DNA of 64,000 nucleotides from Azolla caroliniana (taxonomy: Eukaryota; Plantae; Polypodiophyta), in NCBI GenBank assembly GCA_043228905.1, contig JBHGNT010000013.1:14322001-14386000 (forward strand). The letters run 5' to 3'. Under the pieces are notes generated by a model. The model did not search any database. It saw only the letters and a list, made by a program, of their open reading frames with translations, and was not told the DNA's origin. Positions 34,152 through 52,676 of this stretch are shown piece by piece; the stretch's first letter is position 1; each line of letters begins with the position of its first letter. A program made the translations under genes and the position numbers.

Positions 34152-37100
34152 TTATACATACAAATCCCTAGGGATTGTCGACTTCGGTTGAGGACAAAAA
34201 ATTGTAGCAAGACCTTTTTCTACAGTCACCTCAACAAACGGTCCGTATGACATAAGATCTTTGCTTCCATCTCCATATGCTCCATTCCCCCGGGCTAATA
34301 CTTCCCCATCCACATTGATGTATCCTCCTTGTACTCTAGAATTAATTCGTCCACCCGGGGACAAACGGAATGCCTTTACCTGAATGTAGCCGACATCTCA
34401 ATTCAGTAGCAAAAGGAATATTCGATTTTGCATATGCAGGAAACAGATTTGGACACATTCTAATGACAGCATACGATTGGAAAAAGACCAAATTTATCCA
34501 AGCTACAACTCCATTGGGAGAGGGGGATTGAAAGGATGCATCATACACCCAATTTATTTCATAGGACCCAACACTTATCAGCAAATAACAAACTAAAACC
34601 ATGAAATGATATATATATATATATAGTAGACAACAAACCTTCAAATACTCCACATATTTTGAGTTTACATGGCCTCCTTCGCTTATTTTGAGAAACAAAG
34701 ACAACAGTTTTGCCCGAGGGCAATCCTTAACAATGAGCAAATCAAGGAAGCCATCTGCAAACTGCAAGAAGAAAGGGAATTTTTTATAAGGAGGCAGCAC
34801 AAAAGGTAAGAAACGATTAAAAGAGCAAATTAATTACTTGTGCTGATGGAGCTGCAAGAACATCCTCTGCAGCCCAAGGAACATTTAGAAGCCACACTAG
34901 TATAAAATCTCCTTGGATTGATCTCCACATCGTATCTTTAGGGAGAGGGGCAGGTCCTCTGTAACCAACGTTCTCCTTAATTCCAGAACCACCATTAATG
35001 TTGGACATAGAAGAAGCAATGTTTTCTGTGACCAGTAACTCTGCACAATCGTTGTTAATAGATTCCCCTGATTCTTCATATCCAGCAGCAGGAATATAAG
35101 CTAAAGTGCCAGAATACTTCCGAAGTTGTAGAATCCGAATGAAAGCCTGAAACCAATAAAGATCTAGAGAGGGTTTTAAAAATAAAAAAGATTGCTGAAT
35201 AATAATGGAGGAATACAAGAAAGTTTCGAAATGGTATCAAACCAAAGACATCATAGTGAAAATTGTATCTAAACCTGCCAAATGGGATACAAAAGTGTTC
35301 TAAATAGAATGAGGAAAAAGGGATCGTTGCCGAAAAGAGAATGAAGAGTTACACATCATCTATTCTTTGTGCAAGATTCGATGACAGCACAGTCAACTGC
35401 TGCACCTCAACACATTTCGGGGAGAACCAGCTAGCTCTGGGTTCGAGTGGCATTTCACCCCTAACCACAACTCATCCGCTGATTTTTCAACATCAGCCGG
35501 TTCGGACCTCCACTTAGCTTCACCCAAGCTTCATCATGGTCATGGGTAGATCACCCAGGTTCGGGTTTATAAGCAGTGACAAACGCCCCAGTAAGACTCG
35601 CTTTCGCTATGCCTATGGGGTTACCCCCTTAACCGGGCCACTGCCTACAAGTCGCCGGCTCATTCTTCAACAGGCATACGGTCAGAGATTTGATTCTCCT
35701 CCCACTGCTTGGGAGCTCCCGGTTTCATGCTCTGTTTCACTCCCCAAACCTCAAGGTTTGGAAAAGAGAGGCTGATATTTGGAAAAGCTTGAGGGTTGAG
35801 GGTTTAGGGTAGTTACTGGAAAATCCTTTTTTTCTATGGGAGATAATCTCCTAGAAGTATCCATAGCAAGATTTCTAATTTGATATGGAATGCTTGTTTA
35901 CGAAATAGGTACAGTTACATGATGGATGAATAATTAAGTGTTATGAGGGCAACACAGTCCACACTCTCATTGAAGGACGTTTTCTTACTAAACTGAGGCA
36001 CACTAGATACATTACTACCATTTCCAGATTTCTTATAGGCTATCTACCACCATAGTTTGTATCAATTTTATGATGCATATCAAATACTTGTTCCCTCAGC
36101 ATTGACAGAGCAGGTATCCAGATTCACAGCTATATGGACTAACACAGTTCTCTGTCCACTCACTATGGATGCATCTGCTGTTTTTTCAGGAGAAACCATT
36201 TCCTCCATGTTTGGGCTCTCTTCTCTTTGCTACAAATTCTAGGCGGGCTTTACCCAGTAGCATGCCACATCATCATTATGTCCCTTGGCTGCTTGCACAT
36301 ACTATTCTATCCACTAGATAGTGTATTTTGATGCATGCCATGGTCAGGAGGAGAGAGAAAGAAAATTTAACTACAAAGTAAGGATGCTGCACGATTTAAA
36401 AAAGAAAGAAAACAGATTGAACTTACATAAATGTCTATTCGTAGAGAACCTAGGCCTCGCAACTTCTCAGATTCAATATCAATATCTGCTATAATACCTG
36501 TGCAGCATTTGTTTAAAAGGTATTAGACATACCACCATTTGAAATGATCAGAAAACAAACAAGTAAATATGTGGCAAAAATACAGACCCCAAGTGAGCAA
36601 GAGAAGACTGTGTAAACGGGTTCTCCCTTGTGAAATAGTTGAGACATCCAACCTTTGCTTATAGCCTAAACATAATATCAAGAAAAATGAAATGAAAATT
36701 TGATTCCTCAAAGCAATAACAAAAAACAAATAGGGAGACCAGGATAAAAGAAGCAACAATGTGACCTTGAATGATTGCAAATGTCGCATTCTCCACATTG
36801 CATGTTTCATTAACATTATGCAATAACGACTTTGCCATTCCATTTCCAGTGCCTGCAATCCACACAAAACGTGAAAAAATTTGCATTATCAAAAACACAT
36901 GGAGAAGCCAAGTACACATTTTTGAGATCTTACAAGCTTGATGGCTCCTTCACATGCAGAAAACTCACCAGCTGGTATAACACCCAACGGAATCTTGATT
37001 GCATTCTCCCAATCCTCCCGTTCCAGTAGTCCATTTAAAACCTGCACAATTGAAGTCCTTGAACTAGTTCATTCATATTGACTCTGGTCTGCCTAGCACA

Positions 37101-40100
37101 TTTGTAGGCAAGCTTATATTCTTCCATCATCCTACATAATTGTTAAACTAATTTGTTTCCTTCTGTCCTTTTCGAGGCGAAAGGGGGTGGCAAATATAAA
37201 CTCATGCCTCAGATTGTTTCACAATGTAAATATCAACATGGGGAAAACATAAAAAGACATCCTAGTGGCTTGGATATATGGATTCTGGTCTGCCTAGCAC
37301 ATTTGTAGGCAAGCTTATGTTCTTCCATCACCCTACATAATTCTTAAAACTAATTTGTTTCCCTCTGTCCTTTTCAGGGAGGAAGGGAGTGGCAAATATA
37401 AACTTCACGCCTCAGAGATTGTTCACAATCTAAATATCAACATGGGGAAAAAATGGAAGGCATCCCGGTGGCTTGGAAATATGGAACACATGTACTTTTG
37501 TCACAGTTATTCAACATGGATCATGTTGATCGAAAATCTATTGATTTGTTAAGGATTCCAAACATGAAAAGCTATATGTATGAAATTTAAATTAGAAAAG
37601 AGCTCATTAACAGGAAATTACCTCTAATAGGATACCATCTCCACTAACACAAACAATGCCATCATAGCCAGAAAGATCAATAGTCTTTGCCATCTCTTTG
37701 GCATGCTGTTGAAATTGTGTCTCTGCCATGGAAACATGTAATCCTCAACAACATAGTTTCCTATTTTATAAATATAAAAATAAGAAGTGAGATTAATATT
37801 TGGAAAGGGCATTCAATCTAATGGTTTAAATGCACATGGAGTGAAATACAGAATAAAGCAACAGGTCACAAAACACAAAAGAAGAAAATATTTAGGATCT
37901 AGGCCATCAGTCACAAACGCAATATATATCTCTTCCAGCAATGGACATTAACATGAACCTTTTATCCTTACCACCATGGTCATCCCATATCCCCACCATC
38001 CCATCCAGGGCCACAGCAGCATGCCTAGTCTCCGTCAATAGACATAAGCAACTTGACAATCTACCAACCACAGGAAGTATCACTTCTAAGTGTCATACTG
38101 CCTCAATTAATATAAAAAATCTCATGCTTCTGTCTACAGCATGAGAAAGTTTCGCATTGTACTAATTAGAAACGATGGAGAGAAAATTCTTTGCACAAAG
38201 TTACGGTGTCTGCTAGTTGTGACAAATAGTGTCATGATGATAATCTGTCTGCATTGCCTCCATGTTCTAGAGGATCTTGCTATTGAATAGTCATTGATGA
38301 TTACTTTATCCCACAATGGCCAACCACCTTGGATGATTTTACCAAGATTGTTGACTTGTCAACAAAGTCTAAAGAAGTTAAAGCCTCTTGATTTGGGTCA
38401 CTTCGATGCAAAGTACAGGCCAGTGCAAGAAACACCACAATCAAGGCAGGGGTCATGCCTTCTGGAGGTGCTGTAAGGAAACTGCGTCCTTGGACAAGAT
38501 TGGCGCAATGATAGCCAGTGTATAATTGCACCTAGCATCCAAATGTTTTTTTTCCATAACGTGAAGGAATCAAGCAAGAATTAATATTGAGAGGTCTGAC
38601 AACAGAGCAAAGCCCATGCGCGGTACCTCACCTCCCAACTCTGACTAATGTACGAGGCCCTCAAGGCCACAAGAAAAAGAGAACCCCATTTGACACCCAA
38701 AACAAACTGGCTGGCCAATTTATTAATACACCCACAACCATAAACCCTAAACCTATACGTAGACCCAAACAAACAACACAGGGTAGTGGCTGAAAGCGCT
38801 GATAAAGATCTCGCAGCCATTTGGCAAGCTAAGAGAAGCATAATGGTGGCACAACGGCAACCACCAGTTTTGGCTGCCAAATCCATAGTCAGATTCACCA
38901 TGATATTAAAGGTAGGGAATAAAACTCAAAATGGTCCTCACATACATCCAAGCATACAAACCAACGGGACAACAATAACTGAACATCAACATATGACATG
39001 CCTATGGAAGGTCCCAGAGATCCAGACAAAAATTCAAGGGTGGTTTGAAGGTAATACACGATTCTAGCTCCCCAAAAACACCAGAATAGTACACAAAAAG
39101 GACCACGTGTCCCTCACACAGGCTGTAAATGAAACGAGGTCTAAAATAAAGCAATAAAATCATGCTAAAAGTAGCACCTAAGCAAAGGGTAATCCTAATA
39201 AGAAAAATCGTCACAGTGGGTTGTGAAAATATCTAATCATCCACACAGTCAAGCCTGAGAGTTCACCCTGAACATATTTCTAATTTCCTCATCAAACCCT
39301 TTCATATGACAAAGCATGTTCAAGTAGGAGACATTGTCACACTCCAGAATTCGGTGACGCATCAAGTAATGTTCAATGAAGGCATAAACAAGATACTGCG
39401 AACACTATTGTTCAGCAAAGCACTCATACCAAACTCCTCAAAGATCAGGCTGCTATATAAAACAGACTCTTGCAGTACCATATATTATATTATTCCCAAT
39501 GGGATCTACCAAAAACCCTATCTTCAGAGTTGGAATACGTAGAGATAGAAATGTGTTTATAGAAAAAAACGGAAGGAATCTGACTTTGGGTCATGTATCA
39601 ACTGATCAGCATGTTTTTAGAAAAGGATTTGCCCGAGTATGGTTCGCAGAGCTGCAATCCAAGCTTGGAATGATCAACTGATATTCCAATCTTGAGTTCT
39701 CTCACGACTCATGTGATTGGAGTTCTGCCTACCAATGTTGCTTCTAAGCCCTATCTGCACTAGGGTGACTGTATTTAATAGATAGTTGTAAGCCTCAAGT
39801 CATTACAGGTACCTCATGAGGTTTCTCAACCATTTTTGGAACATTCTAAATTAGGGGGAGCATTTTTAACGTCAGTCTCATTTGTTTTCTCTCAATTTGT
39901 TAAATTTTTCTCTAGTTATTCAAATATTCTGCCAAATACACTTTTGACAGTTTATAAAAGACAGCATACAAACCAGACCAAAGAAAGGTCGTCATTAATG
40001 CTGTTCTGAATCTCTACCTCATGAACCCAAGAAACTAGACTATTTTTTCACAACAGCACATTATCATCTAAGATCAACATGCCTAAGAAGGAATCTGCCA

Positions 40101-41658
40101 TTGAGAGGACCACAAGGTGAGATCTGTATGACTGTAGGTTGTTGGATTATGTCACATTACAGTTTTCTTGGTGTCTATAAATCATAAACCAAATAATTAG
40201 CTTAATAAAATCATAAAGGTTACGAGTAGATTTACTAGTGCTTAAACTAGGGACATATATGAAGCATAAATGTGTTCCGTATTCTTTCAAAGAATTTCAC
40301 ATGAGTGTGAGAACCTTCCAAAGCATACTCGATTCCAGCAGCAGAGAAAAGCGGCACTACCCTCTGTTGGAAAATTTTCTTCGCGAGCTTTTTGCCTCCA
40401 AAAGGATTCAGAAAAACCAAGAGTCGTTTAGGCCGCTCTGCACAAAGTGAAAGCAAAGAAATAAATTCATGCATATATTATTGTATTCATACATATGCAA
40501 ATATGAAGGCGAGTCGCACATGGAAAATCAATGACACAAATTTAGATGAAGTTTATAGTGTCGATATTCAGATGTATGTATATTGGCATGAATGTATACT
40601 CACAATCTATTCACATAGCCAAGGACTTTTGTATGGAATAGATGTAGGTACACAATCTATTCATTACCCAGGAGCGTATTTATGGAGTAGAGATGTGTAG
40701 TTCCAGTAGCCCAATGCATCACTCAAAACGTAGAGTGATACAAGCAGGACAATCAAACAATAGTTACACAATGCGAAAGCCTCACAATGGTAGAAAAACT
40801 TCTAAATATACAATTTCCATACTCAATGCCCAATCTGGCAGGGTTAAATTATCCACAACAGAAAATGACACCCAACCAGACACTGTCCTACAATCTCACT
40901 TGGTAGCTTATCCAAATCCTTGTGCTGAAATATAAAAGATATCGAAGGTTCGCCTCATTCATGAAGAGCAGCACATGAATAGTCGGGATAGTGAAAACCA
41001 TACCACAAGGTATGGATAACAAGAGAGACAATGCAAAGTGTGAAAAGTGGCTTGTTGGACAATCTATTCATTATCCAAGTGCATTTTGTGTCGGATAAAT
41101 GTTTATATGCAATTGCTCAAATTCACAAGTGAGTTTTTGTCCACTCAATACAGAAGGCATTTCTATTAACAGATGTATCCAAGGAATCTAATAGAATCTA
41201 TACATTGCTCAATGCATTCTTATTGAATAGATGCATTGTTAACAGAAGGTATGAATGAAAAAAGAGACAATATAAAGTGTTAAGAATGGCAGCCTTGTAG
41301 GATAATCTATTCAAGTGCATTTGTATTGAATAGATTTTTGGATATCAAATGAGTCAAGGAAGATTCTCCGACGGTCCCCTAGGTCACAATCAGTCTCCTG
41401 CGGATTTTAAAAAGATATCTATCAATTTAAGAACTCGTAGTACTTTCAAATTCATGATCATTTTTCAGGCTGAGCACAGCATCGTTGTGATGGCATATCT
41501 GGCAGCTCTCTACTCAGTACTATGCATGGTTCTTTGGTAACTTTTAATTTGATAGAGAGTCGATATACATTATCAATCTATTGAATGCCCAAGTGCATTT
41601 GCATAGAGTGAATAATATATAATATATTCAATACCCAAGTGCATACATATATAGATAC

Positions 41659-41691
<33 letters not shown>

Positions 41692-42316
41692 CACATGGAA
41701 GAATCAAACTTGGGAATTGCCCAAACAGCAGGTGTTTCATGCAACAGATATAAAATCAGTCAGGGGACCAGAAGGTATGAATAATGATGGAAAAGGTGTA
41801 CACAAATGCATATAAACTATTAGAATCTCATTTAGATAATACCCCAAGTATCCTCTAAATGCAATAGATGGATAACCAAGGGTTACCTGAAGGTATAAAT
41901 GACAAAATAGACTGATGCCAAGCGTGGATGGAGTTTGGAGAATTAGCTTGTAAGTCAAACTCCCTGTAAACTCTCTTCTCCTCCTGTCGTCCCCCAAGGC
42001 AGCCGCAGAGAGTAGAATTCTCATTCTTCCTCTCTATTTGGAATGAAAAAATAGTAAGTGAAGACAGGCCCAAGCTGAGTCCAAGGATATCAGAAGGAAG
42101 GAAAAGGCTATTAATTCCATCTAAAGAAGAAGAAGAATTAGGATAAGAAGAGCAAGAAGAGCAAGAGGAAGAGCATGAAGAGCAAGAGATATAAGAAGGG
42201 GAGGAGGAGGAACTGAACCATTGCAAGAGTCCACTTTGATCTAGAATGGCTCTTACTGATTTCCCATTGATCTCTAGATCCTCACTCATCAGAACAGTGT
42301 TAGACAAACGATCCAT
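34152..42316 (-). CDS. SPHK: Sphingosine / long-chain-base kinase (DAGK catalytic family), 10 exons, ~540 aa
   Basis: Exons 42316-41887, 40437-40315, 37722-37622, 37041-36969, 36852-36766, 36665-36588, 36497-36427, 35146-34838, 34761-34639 and 34379-34152, all GT-AG and phase-consistent. Motifs NPFGGK, SGDG, IPAGTGNG, DIDIESEK, ADGFLD, VDGE. Confidence 0.93.
35399..35745 (-). pseudogene. rrn23: Plastid-type 23S rRNA fragment (NUPT) in SPHK intron 7
   Basis: catttcggggagaaccagctagctctgggttcgagtggcatttcacccctaaccacaactcatccgctgat... is the antisense of the conserved chloroplast 23S 5' region, with substitutions. Confidence 0.85.
37081..37485. repeat. ~202 bp tandem duplication in SPHK intron 3
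   Basis: tctggtctgcctagcacatttgtaggcaagctta at ~37083 and ~37284. Confidence 0.85.
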
Positions 42317-43449
42317 GGCACCCTAATTCCCTCTCTGCCCCAACTCTTCAACCACACGGCTTTAGTTTTTTCTTCTCCCTGCTAGATGTGATGGAGCCAG
42401 GGCAGCCCTATCTTTCTTCCTTCTCTTCCTCCTCTTGCTCCTGCTCCTGCTCCTCCTCCTTCTGTCTATCTGTCTGTCTGTCTTGTCTAGCTGTCTTGTC
42501 TATCTCTGTTTTGTTTCAATGCTCTGTTTTGTTCTTCTTCTTCTTCTTCTTCTTCTTTCCAAAAACAATCCTCTGTTTCTTTTGATACTCTATTTCTTCT
42601 TCTTTTTCTGTTTTTTGCTTTTTTTTCATTTTCCAAATACATAGATACATATGAACATACTCTGTTTTCTTTCAATGCTCTCTGTTTTCTTTCAGTTTCA
42701 ATATGCTCTGTTTCAAAACATCCTTTTATTTTAACCCATGTTGGAGGCCTTTAAAACAATGGCCAAATAGAACATGGGAAACCACATGCCACCAACATAG
42801 GGAAGAAGAACATGGCCATGCCTACTATACATACATATATCATTCAACCAAACATGCACACATAAAATTTATTCCTTTCCAAAGAGGTCTAGCTACCGAT
42901 AGATAACTCATCGACCAATTCGACATTGCAGCTTGGCAAAACGTCGCTTGAACAAACATCGGCTTCTTTTAAGCGCATGATACTTAACAACAAATTTTTG
43001 TCCCTTGGTTGACCTCCTAGATCATTGTGATAAGAGTAGCCCATAAACGACTACGACTGAGCACATCCAATTCTTTCCAAAAAAAGGATATTCTTTGTCT
43101 TCTTGTCTTTCTTCTTTTAGTGTCACCTTCGTGACATTGGAAGTGATGTAATTAATGCCATATTGTTTGGAAATAGTGAATAATAGTTTCCTCCTAGGTT
43201 TTCTATTCCCAATCAAAGCCTTAAAGCTCGGGTCGGATACATAGCCCTAATGAACGATGACTAAGCACGTATCTAAAAGAAGTTATCGTCTTCTTATCTT
43301 TCTTCTCTTTTTGCCTTGCCTTCGTGACATTGGAAATGTTGTAATGCAAAATTGTTGGTAAAGAATTATCCCTTTTTGCATTGGAAACAAAGCCCCTTTA
43401 ACATGACACATGATAATAATGTTGGAAAACCAAATCCTTATAGGGTGAC

Positions 43450-45804
43450 CAGGGCAGGAATTTGACGGGTGTCATGCCCGTCAAAGGCCATTTTGCCCGT
43501 CAAAAACATACACCTACTAAAAATGTCCGTCAAGTGACATATAAAGTATAAAATTTTCCTTTTCATGTGAAAGGCCCCTTAAAATTATACATGTCAAATG
43601 ACATGCTAAAATTTTATTTTCTATGTCATTATTCATATATATTATATATATATACCACATATTGTCATATAAAATTTAAATATATGTACTATCATACTAT
43701 CATCTATGTAGTATCAAGATTCAATTTGACTATATAGTATGAAGTGTGTAATATACTAAATTCTAATATATATATATATATATATAACACGCTTAAAATA
43801 ATATCATATAAATTGTAATGATGAATCCTCAAATCAATTTAAATTTTAAACAATAACCTTGGTGCTTTATTAAATACTCTAAAAAATACTAGAGTGTAGA
43901 CTAGTCACTCTAGGTTTGATTTTAAGTTTTCTTAAAGTAAATGTTTTACTAACCTACTTTTTTATACATACTTATTACTTATTACTTAATACTTAATACT
44001 TATTACTGTGCTTTATTAAAAAATTAGGGTTAGTAATAACTTTTTAGTATAGGAAAAAGGTGAGTACTTACTACTTACTACTTACTGTTAGGTAACAAGT
44101 TATTTTTCAACTTAAAAATGATTGATTTTATGTAGCCTTTTGTGCAGCAGGAATAGAACAAAGAAAGACATCCTTCAACCTTCAACATTTTTTAACTACA
44201 GTTTAAAAATGTAAGTTACCATGATCATCTATCATATTATGTTCATTTAGCAAGTTATTATATTGTTTTTGTATTACCTTAATACCTCTAAAAATAAACT
44301 AAAAGTATTTCATTTCAATAAGGTTTGATTTTAAGTTTTTTTAAACTAAATGTTTTACTAACCTATTGTTTTATACATACTTATTACGTTTTACTATTCT
44401 TTATTAAAAAATTAGGGTTAATAATAACTTATTAGTATAGGAAAAGGTGAGTACTTACTATTAGGTAGCAAGCTATTGTTCCAATTAAAAATTATTGATT
44501 CTATGTAGCCTTTTTGTGCAGTGGGAATAGAACAAAAACAGCCTTCAACCTTCAACATTTTTTAACTACATTTTAAAAATGTAAGTTACCATGAATATCT
44601 ATCATATTATGTTCATTTAACAAGTTATTATACAATATTGTTTTTGTATTACTTTAATACCTAAACAATAACTTCAATGTCTCTATTATAGTGAAATGAA
44701 ATACTTTTAGTACATTTTTAGATGTCTATTATTTAAATAATTTCAGGGGGAAAACAAAGAACCAAGCACAACAACATTCTATTAAGACTATGTTTTGCAA
44801 GGCAACACATGTTAATGATGCTCCAAATAATGAGCACGAGGTGGTTACAAACACAAATGAGTCGAGATCTTCTTATAACAAACAAAAAAGAAAGTGGAGA
44901 AACCAATGGACTTTGCTTCACCCATGGGCATATGTGACAAAGTCCCTATTAGGTGATGATATAATCAAATGCATGTGGTGTGAAGATGCAAGAAAGAACA
45001 ATGTATTTGCGGATGGTGGATCTCAAAGCATGCAAATGTCTTCATTGAATGAACATGCAAAGTCATCCGATCATGTGATAGCAAGTGCCATGTATAATGC
45101 AAAAAGACAAAAGGAAAATGCAAATGTGAAAGGCCCAATGGATGACAAAATTTCAGAAATCGTGCATTTAGAATATGAGAGGATACTTTTATGCATGAAG
45201 TTGGTTCATTTTCATGCTTGCAATGATATTCCATTAGAGAAATATGTAAAACAATGTATGTTACAAAGAGAACTTGGTACTCCAAACGCCCCTGCCTCAA
45301 AAGAATATGGTGCTTATGCTAATGCTAAATCTGCAAGAGAATTCTTAATGGCCATTAAGAACCACACAAGGAAACTCTTGTATGATGAAATTCGTGGAAG
45401 TCCATTTGGGCTTTAAGAAATATATGATGATTAAGTATTCGATTTGTATGATTATTTGTTTGAAGCTTATTGTATCCACTTTGCAAGAATGAATTATGAT
45501 TATGGATACATATATAGTTTGTACTTTGGCTTAAAAAACATTAACACTTTTTTGGTAAAAAAAAAACATTAACACGATATTTATTTTCTGTATTTCATTA
45601 TCTTTGCGAGGTAGTTGTGTCTATTTGTGTACCTTCTATAGTAATAAAATGTATAATAATGAAGCATCATATAGAGCTTTTCATTATAAGAAATTTGTAT
45701 GTCAAATGACATGTTAATTTTTGCACTCTTACGTCATATGACATACATCTTTAAAAAATGCCCGTCAAAAAACTTTAAGACTAACCCGTCAAATTCAGGC
45801 CCTG
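43450..45804 (+). mobile_element. Non-autonomous hAT DNA transposon (2355 bp)
   Basis: 8-bp TSD agggtgac (43442-43449 and 45805-45812); 21-bp TIRs cagggcaggaatttgacgggt / acccgtcaaattcaggccctg; subterminal cccgtcaaa motifs; internal ~410 bp tandem duplication. Confidence 0.93.
44790..45416 (+). pseudogene. Truncated hAT transposase N-terminus (TTF-type/ZNF862-like zinc finger)
   Basis: HPWAY..IKCMWC..LNEHAKSSDH. The ORF ends at PFGL*, just before where the first catalytic Asp is expected. Confidence 0.7.
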
Positions 45805-46289
45805 AGGGTGACCATGAACAATCCTCAATGCTCACATAAAAGTTCTAGAAAACATGTTATAAATAATAAAGTGTTCTTTTGTGGCATGACTTTTGCATGA
45901 CATGTGCTTTAACATCTAATGTCTTCTCAAATGTTTAATTATGGTAAGATGACAACCAATGCTATGTAAAAGCAATGAGAAGTGAAGGTTACGAAAAGAA
46001 ACCGCAACACATATGTAATGCCTTCTTAAATATTGAAATATGGTAAGACAAACAATCAACCGATATAAAAGCAATGTGAAAATTACGAAAAGAAACTAAA
46101 GTAAATCAAGTTTGCCTATTAATAAACTAAAACTAATGAAGAAAATGTCAATAAGTTGCCTATCAATAACTACAATTAAAAAATACCTTAGTAAATTGCC
46201 CTTGCATAATTAGATATGCATGCATGTACTTCGAGTTTTAAACCTTTTGTTATTCCAATCACATAAAAATCCAAGACTCACTAACAATT

Positions 46290-46870
46290 TGATATGAAAA
46301 TTAGAAACTGCACACAGACGTATATATAAACACCCAACATTGTTGTATATTAATCAAACTATGAGTTGTGTAGATCCTTCCAACTACTCTCAAGTCGTAA
46401 TGGATGATTCTCTCCAATACAACATTAATTGTTTTCACAAGTGTGGGCATGTACAAGATTGTTACAATGACTATTAAAACAAGAGTGATGCTCAAGAAGC
46501 CCATTGTTTCGAAATTCCTTGCTAAACCAATAATTCTTACTAAAAAGATAGATAACCATTTTTACTTGTCAATAAGCAACTTGATATGAAATTTTAAAAC
46601 TACACACAAGACATATGTATAAACACCCAAAATTGTTGTATACTAATCAAACTATGAGTTGTGTAGATCCTTCCAACTACTCTCAAATCATAATGGATTA
46701 TTCCCTCTAATACAACATTCATTGTTTTCACAAGTGTGGGAGTGTACAAGATTGTTACAATGTTTATTAAAACATGAGCAATGCTCAAGAAGCCCATTGT
46801 CTGGAAACTCATTGCTAAACCAATAATTATTACTAAAAAGATAGATAACCATTTTTACTTGTCAATAAGC
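46290..46870. repeat. ~295 bp tandem duplication
   Basis: aaactatgagttgtgtagatccttccaactactctcaa at ~46356 and ~46649. Confidence 0.88.
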
Positions 46871-48179
46871 TTTTTCTATATTTGCTAAAATTACTTGTCA
46901 ATAAACTTTCTCAATCTTTGCTCAAAACACCCATACTATTCCAAGAGTGAACAAGGATCTCCGCATAAACTTTGAGCTGTAGAGGGGATTCACAAGCATT
47001 TCGATAAAAAGAAAATTTTAATGTGTCCAACAAATTAAGGGTAATTTGCTATTTTGCATCCAACTCCTTCAAACCTATGTAGCTCATCCTCACATCAAGT
47101 GTCCTATGAATTGACATTATCCAGTCTATACATTTGTTTTGTTTTCCATATTTTGCCTAACCAAACATCAGCCCAAGGGAATTAATGAAGTTGTGAACTG
47201 ATGCTAAGCTTAGATCTACAAACACAAAGACACACACTTATTGAGGAAAGCAAGTTTGAACAAAACAAATTGACATGGTTAGTGAAGCTAAATGCGTGTA
47301 TCAATATACACAATGCAGTCCTGACTCGCTATCCTGAGTTTATAATTCTCTCTTTTTTGCATAATTTTTGTATTCTTGTTGAATATGTATTCTATATATA
47401 CCATAGATATTTCCAACATGGGAAACATTTCAAAATAACCTATTATTATGCAAGGTAGGTGATTAAATCAAGATGGTTGTGCGTACAGCATATGTTAATC
47501 AAATTTTGAACTGCTGAACACATGACAAAATGGGAAATTACAACATCACCAGTGATTTGCATTTAAATTACATCAAGTTCACATAGATGAGAAACAGAGG
47601 TACTTACTACATATCCATGAGAACTGTATTGATTTCCATCACAATGATTTACCATTTCAATTCAATTAACTTTTCTAGATGTATCTTGATATTCCAAGCA
47701 AAGTGATAGGATAGGTATTTGATCTACTTCACAAACGCCTCTTGCAGATGCCAAGCAACGTGAACACACTATAAGAAGCTTCTGTGGTTAGAGTTAATCT
47801 CACTAAGATTTGATAACAATGTGAAAGGGAAATACCGAGGAATATAAATTCTAAGCACACGATGTGTGACACGATACCATAAAAGGAAGAGGATATAAGA
47901 GAGAAATGGATTGAAATAAATTTCACTATTACCTAAAGAAAAATATGATAGCATTATAAAAGAAAAAATGATTTAATGGCAGATCTTAACATCATTAGGT
48001 GCAACATCCTCATGGATAGAATACTTCTTCAAGCTTGTGTAAATTGGAAGCCAAGCTGTCATCTATCAAAATGAACTATATCTTGGGATAATATCAAAAT
48101 GACAATCCAACAAGTTAAAAATTAAAAACAAGCACATGGATATAATACGAATGACTAATTCCGTCCACCTTACTAAATG

Positions 48180-52488
<4,309 letters not shown>

Positions 52489-52616
52489 GGCGAAGCTTCT
52501 TCACAGAAGAAGAAGAAGAAGAAGGAGAAGGGAGATGAAGTAAGTAGTAAAGAACGGATACTCGTCCTCTCTATCTCCCACTCTGAGGCTGTTCGATCCC
52601 TGCGCGTGTAATTGGC

Positions 52617-52676
52617 AAACCCTAACCCTAAAAAAGTGGTGACGCAAATCTCTGAGCGAGCAAAACCCTAACCCTA
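52617..52676. promoter_or_regulatory. Telo-box motifs upstream of PRP43
   Basis: aaaccctaaccctaa (52617-52631) and aaaccctaacccta (52663-52676), 130-190 bp upstream of the ATG. Telo-boxes are typical of plant RNA-processing and ribosome-biogenesis promoters. Confidence 0.7.

Noticed and set aside
35399-35745. Functional rRNA gene or bacterial contamination
   Set aside because: It is only a ~350 bp diverged fragment embedded in a nuclear intron.
37950-39250. Possible LINE 3' remnant in SPHK intron 2
   Set aside because: The composition is suggestive, but no diagnostic motif could be read with confidence.
52617-52676. Interstitial telomere
   Set aside because: Only two short AAACCCTAA motifs in a promoter position, better explained as telo-boxes.
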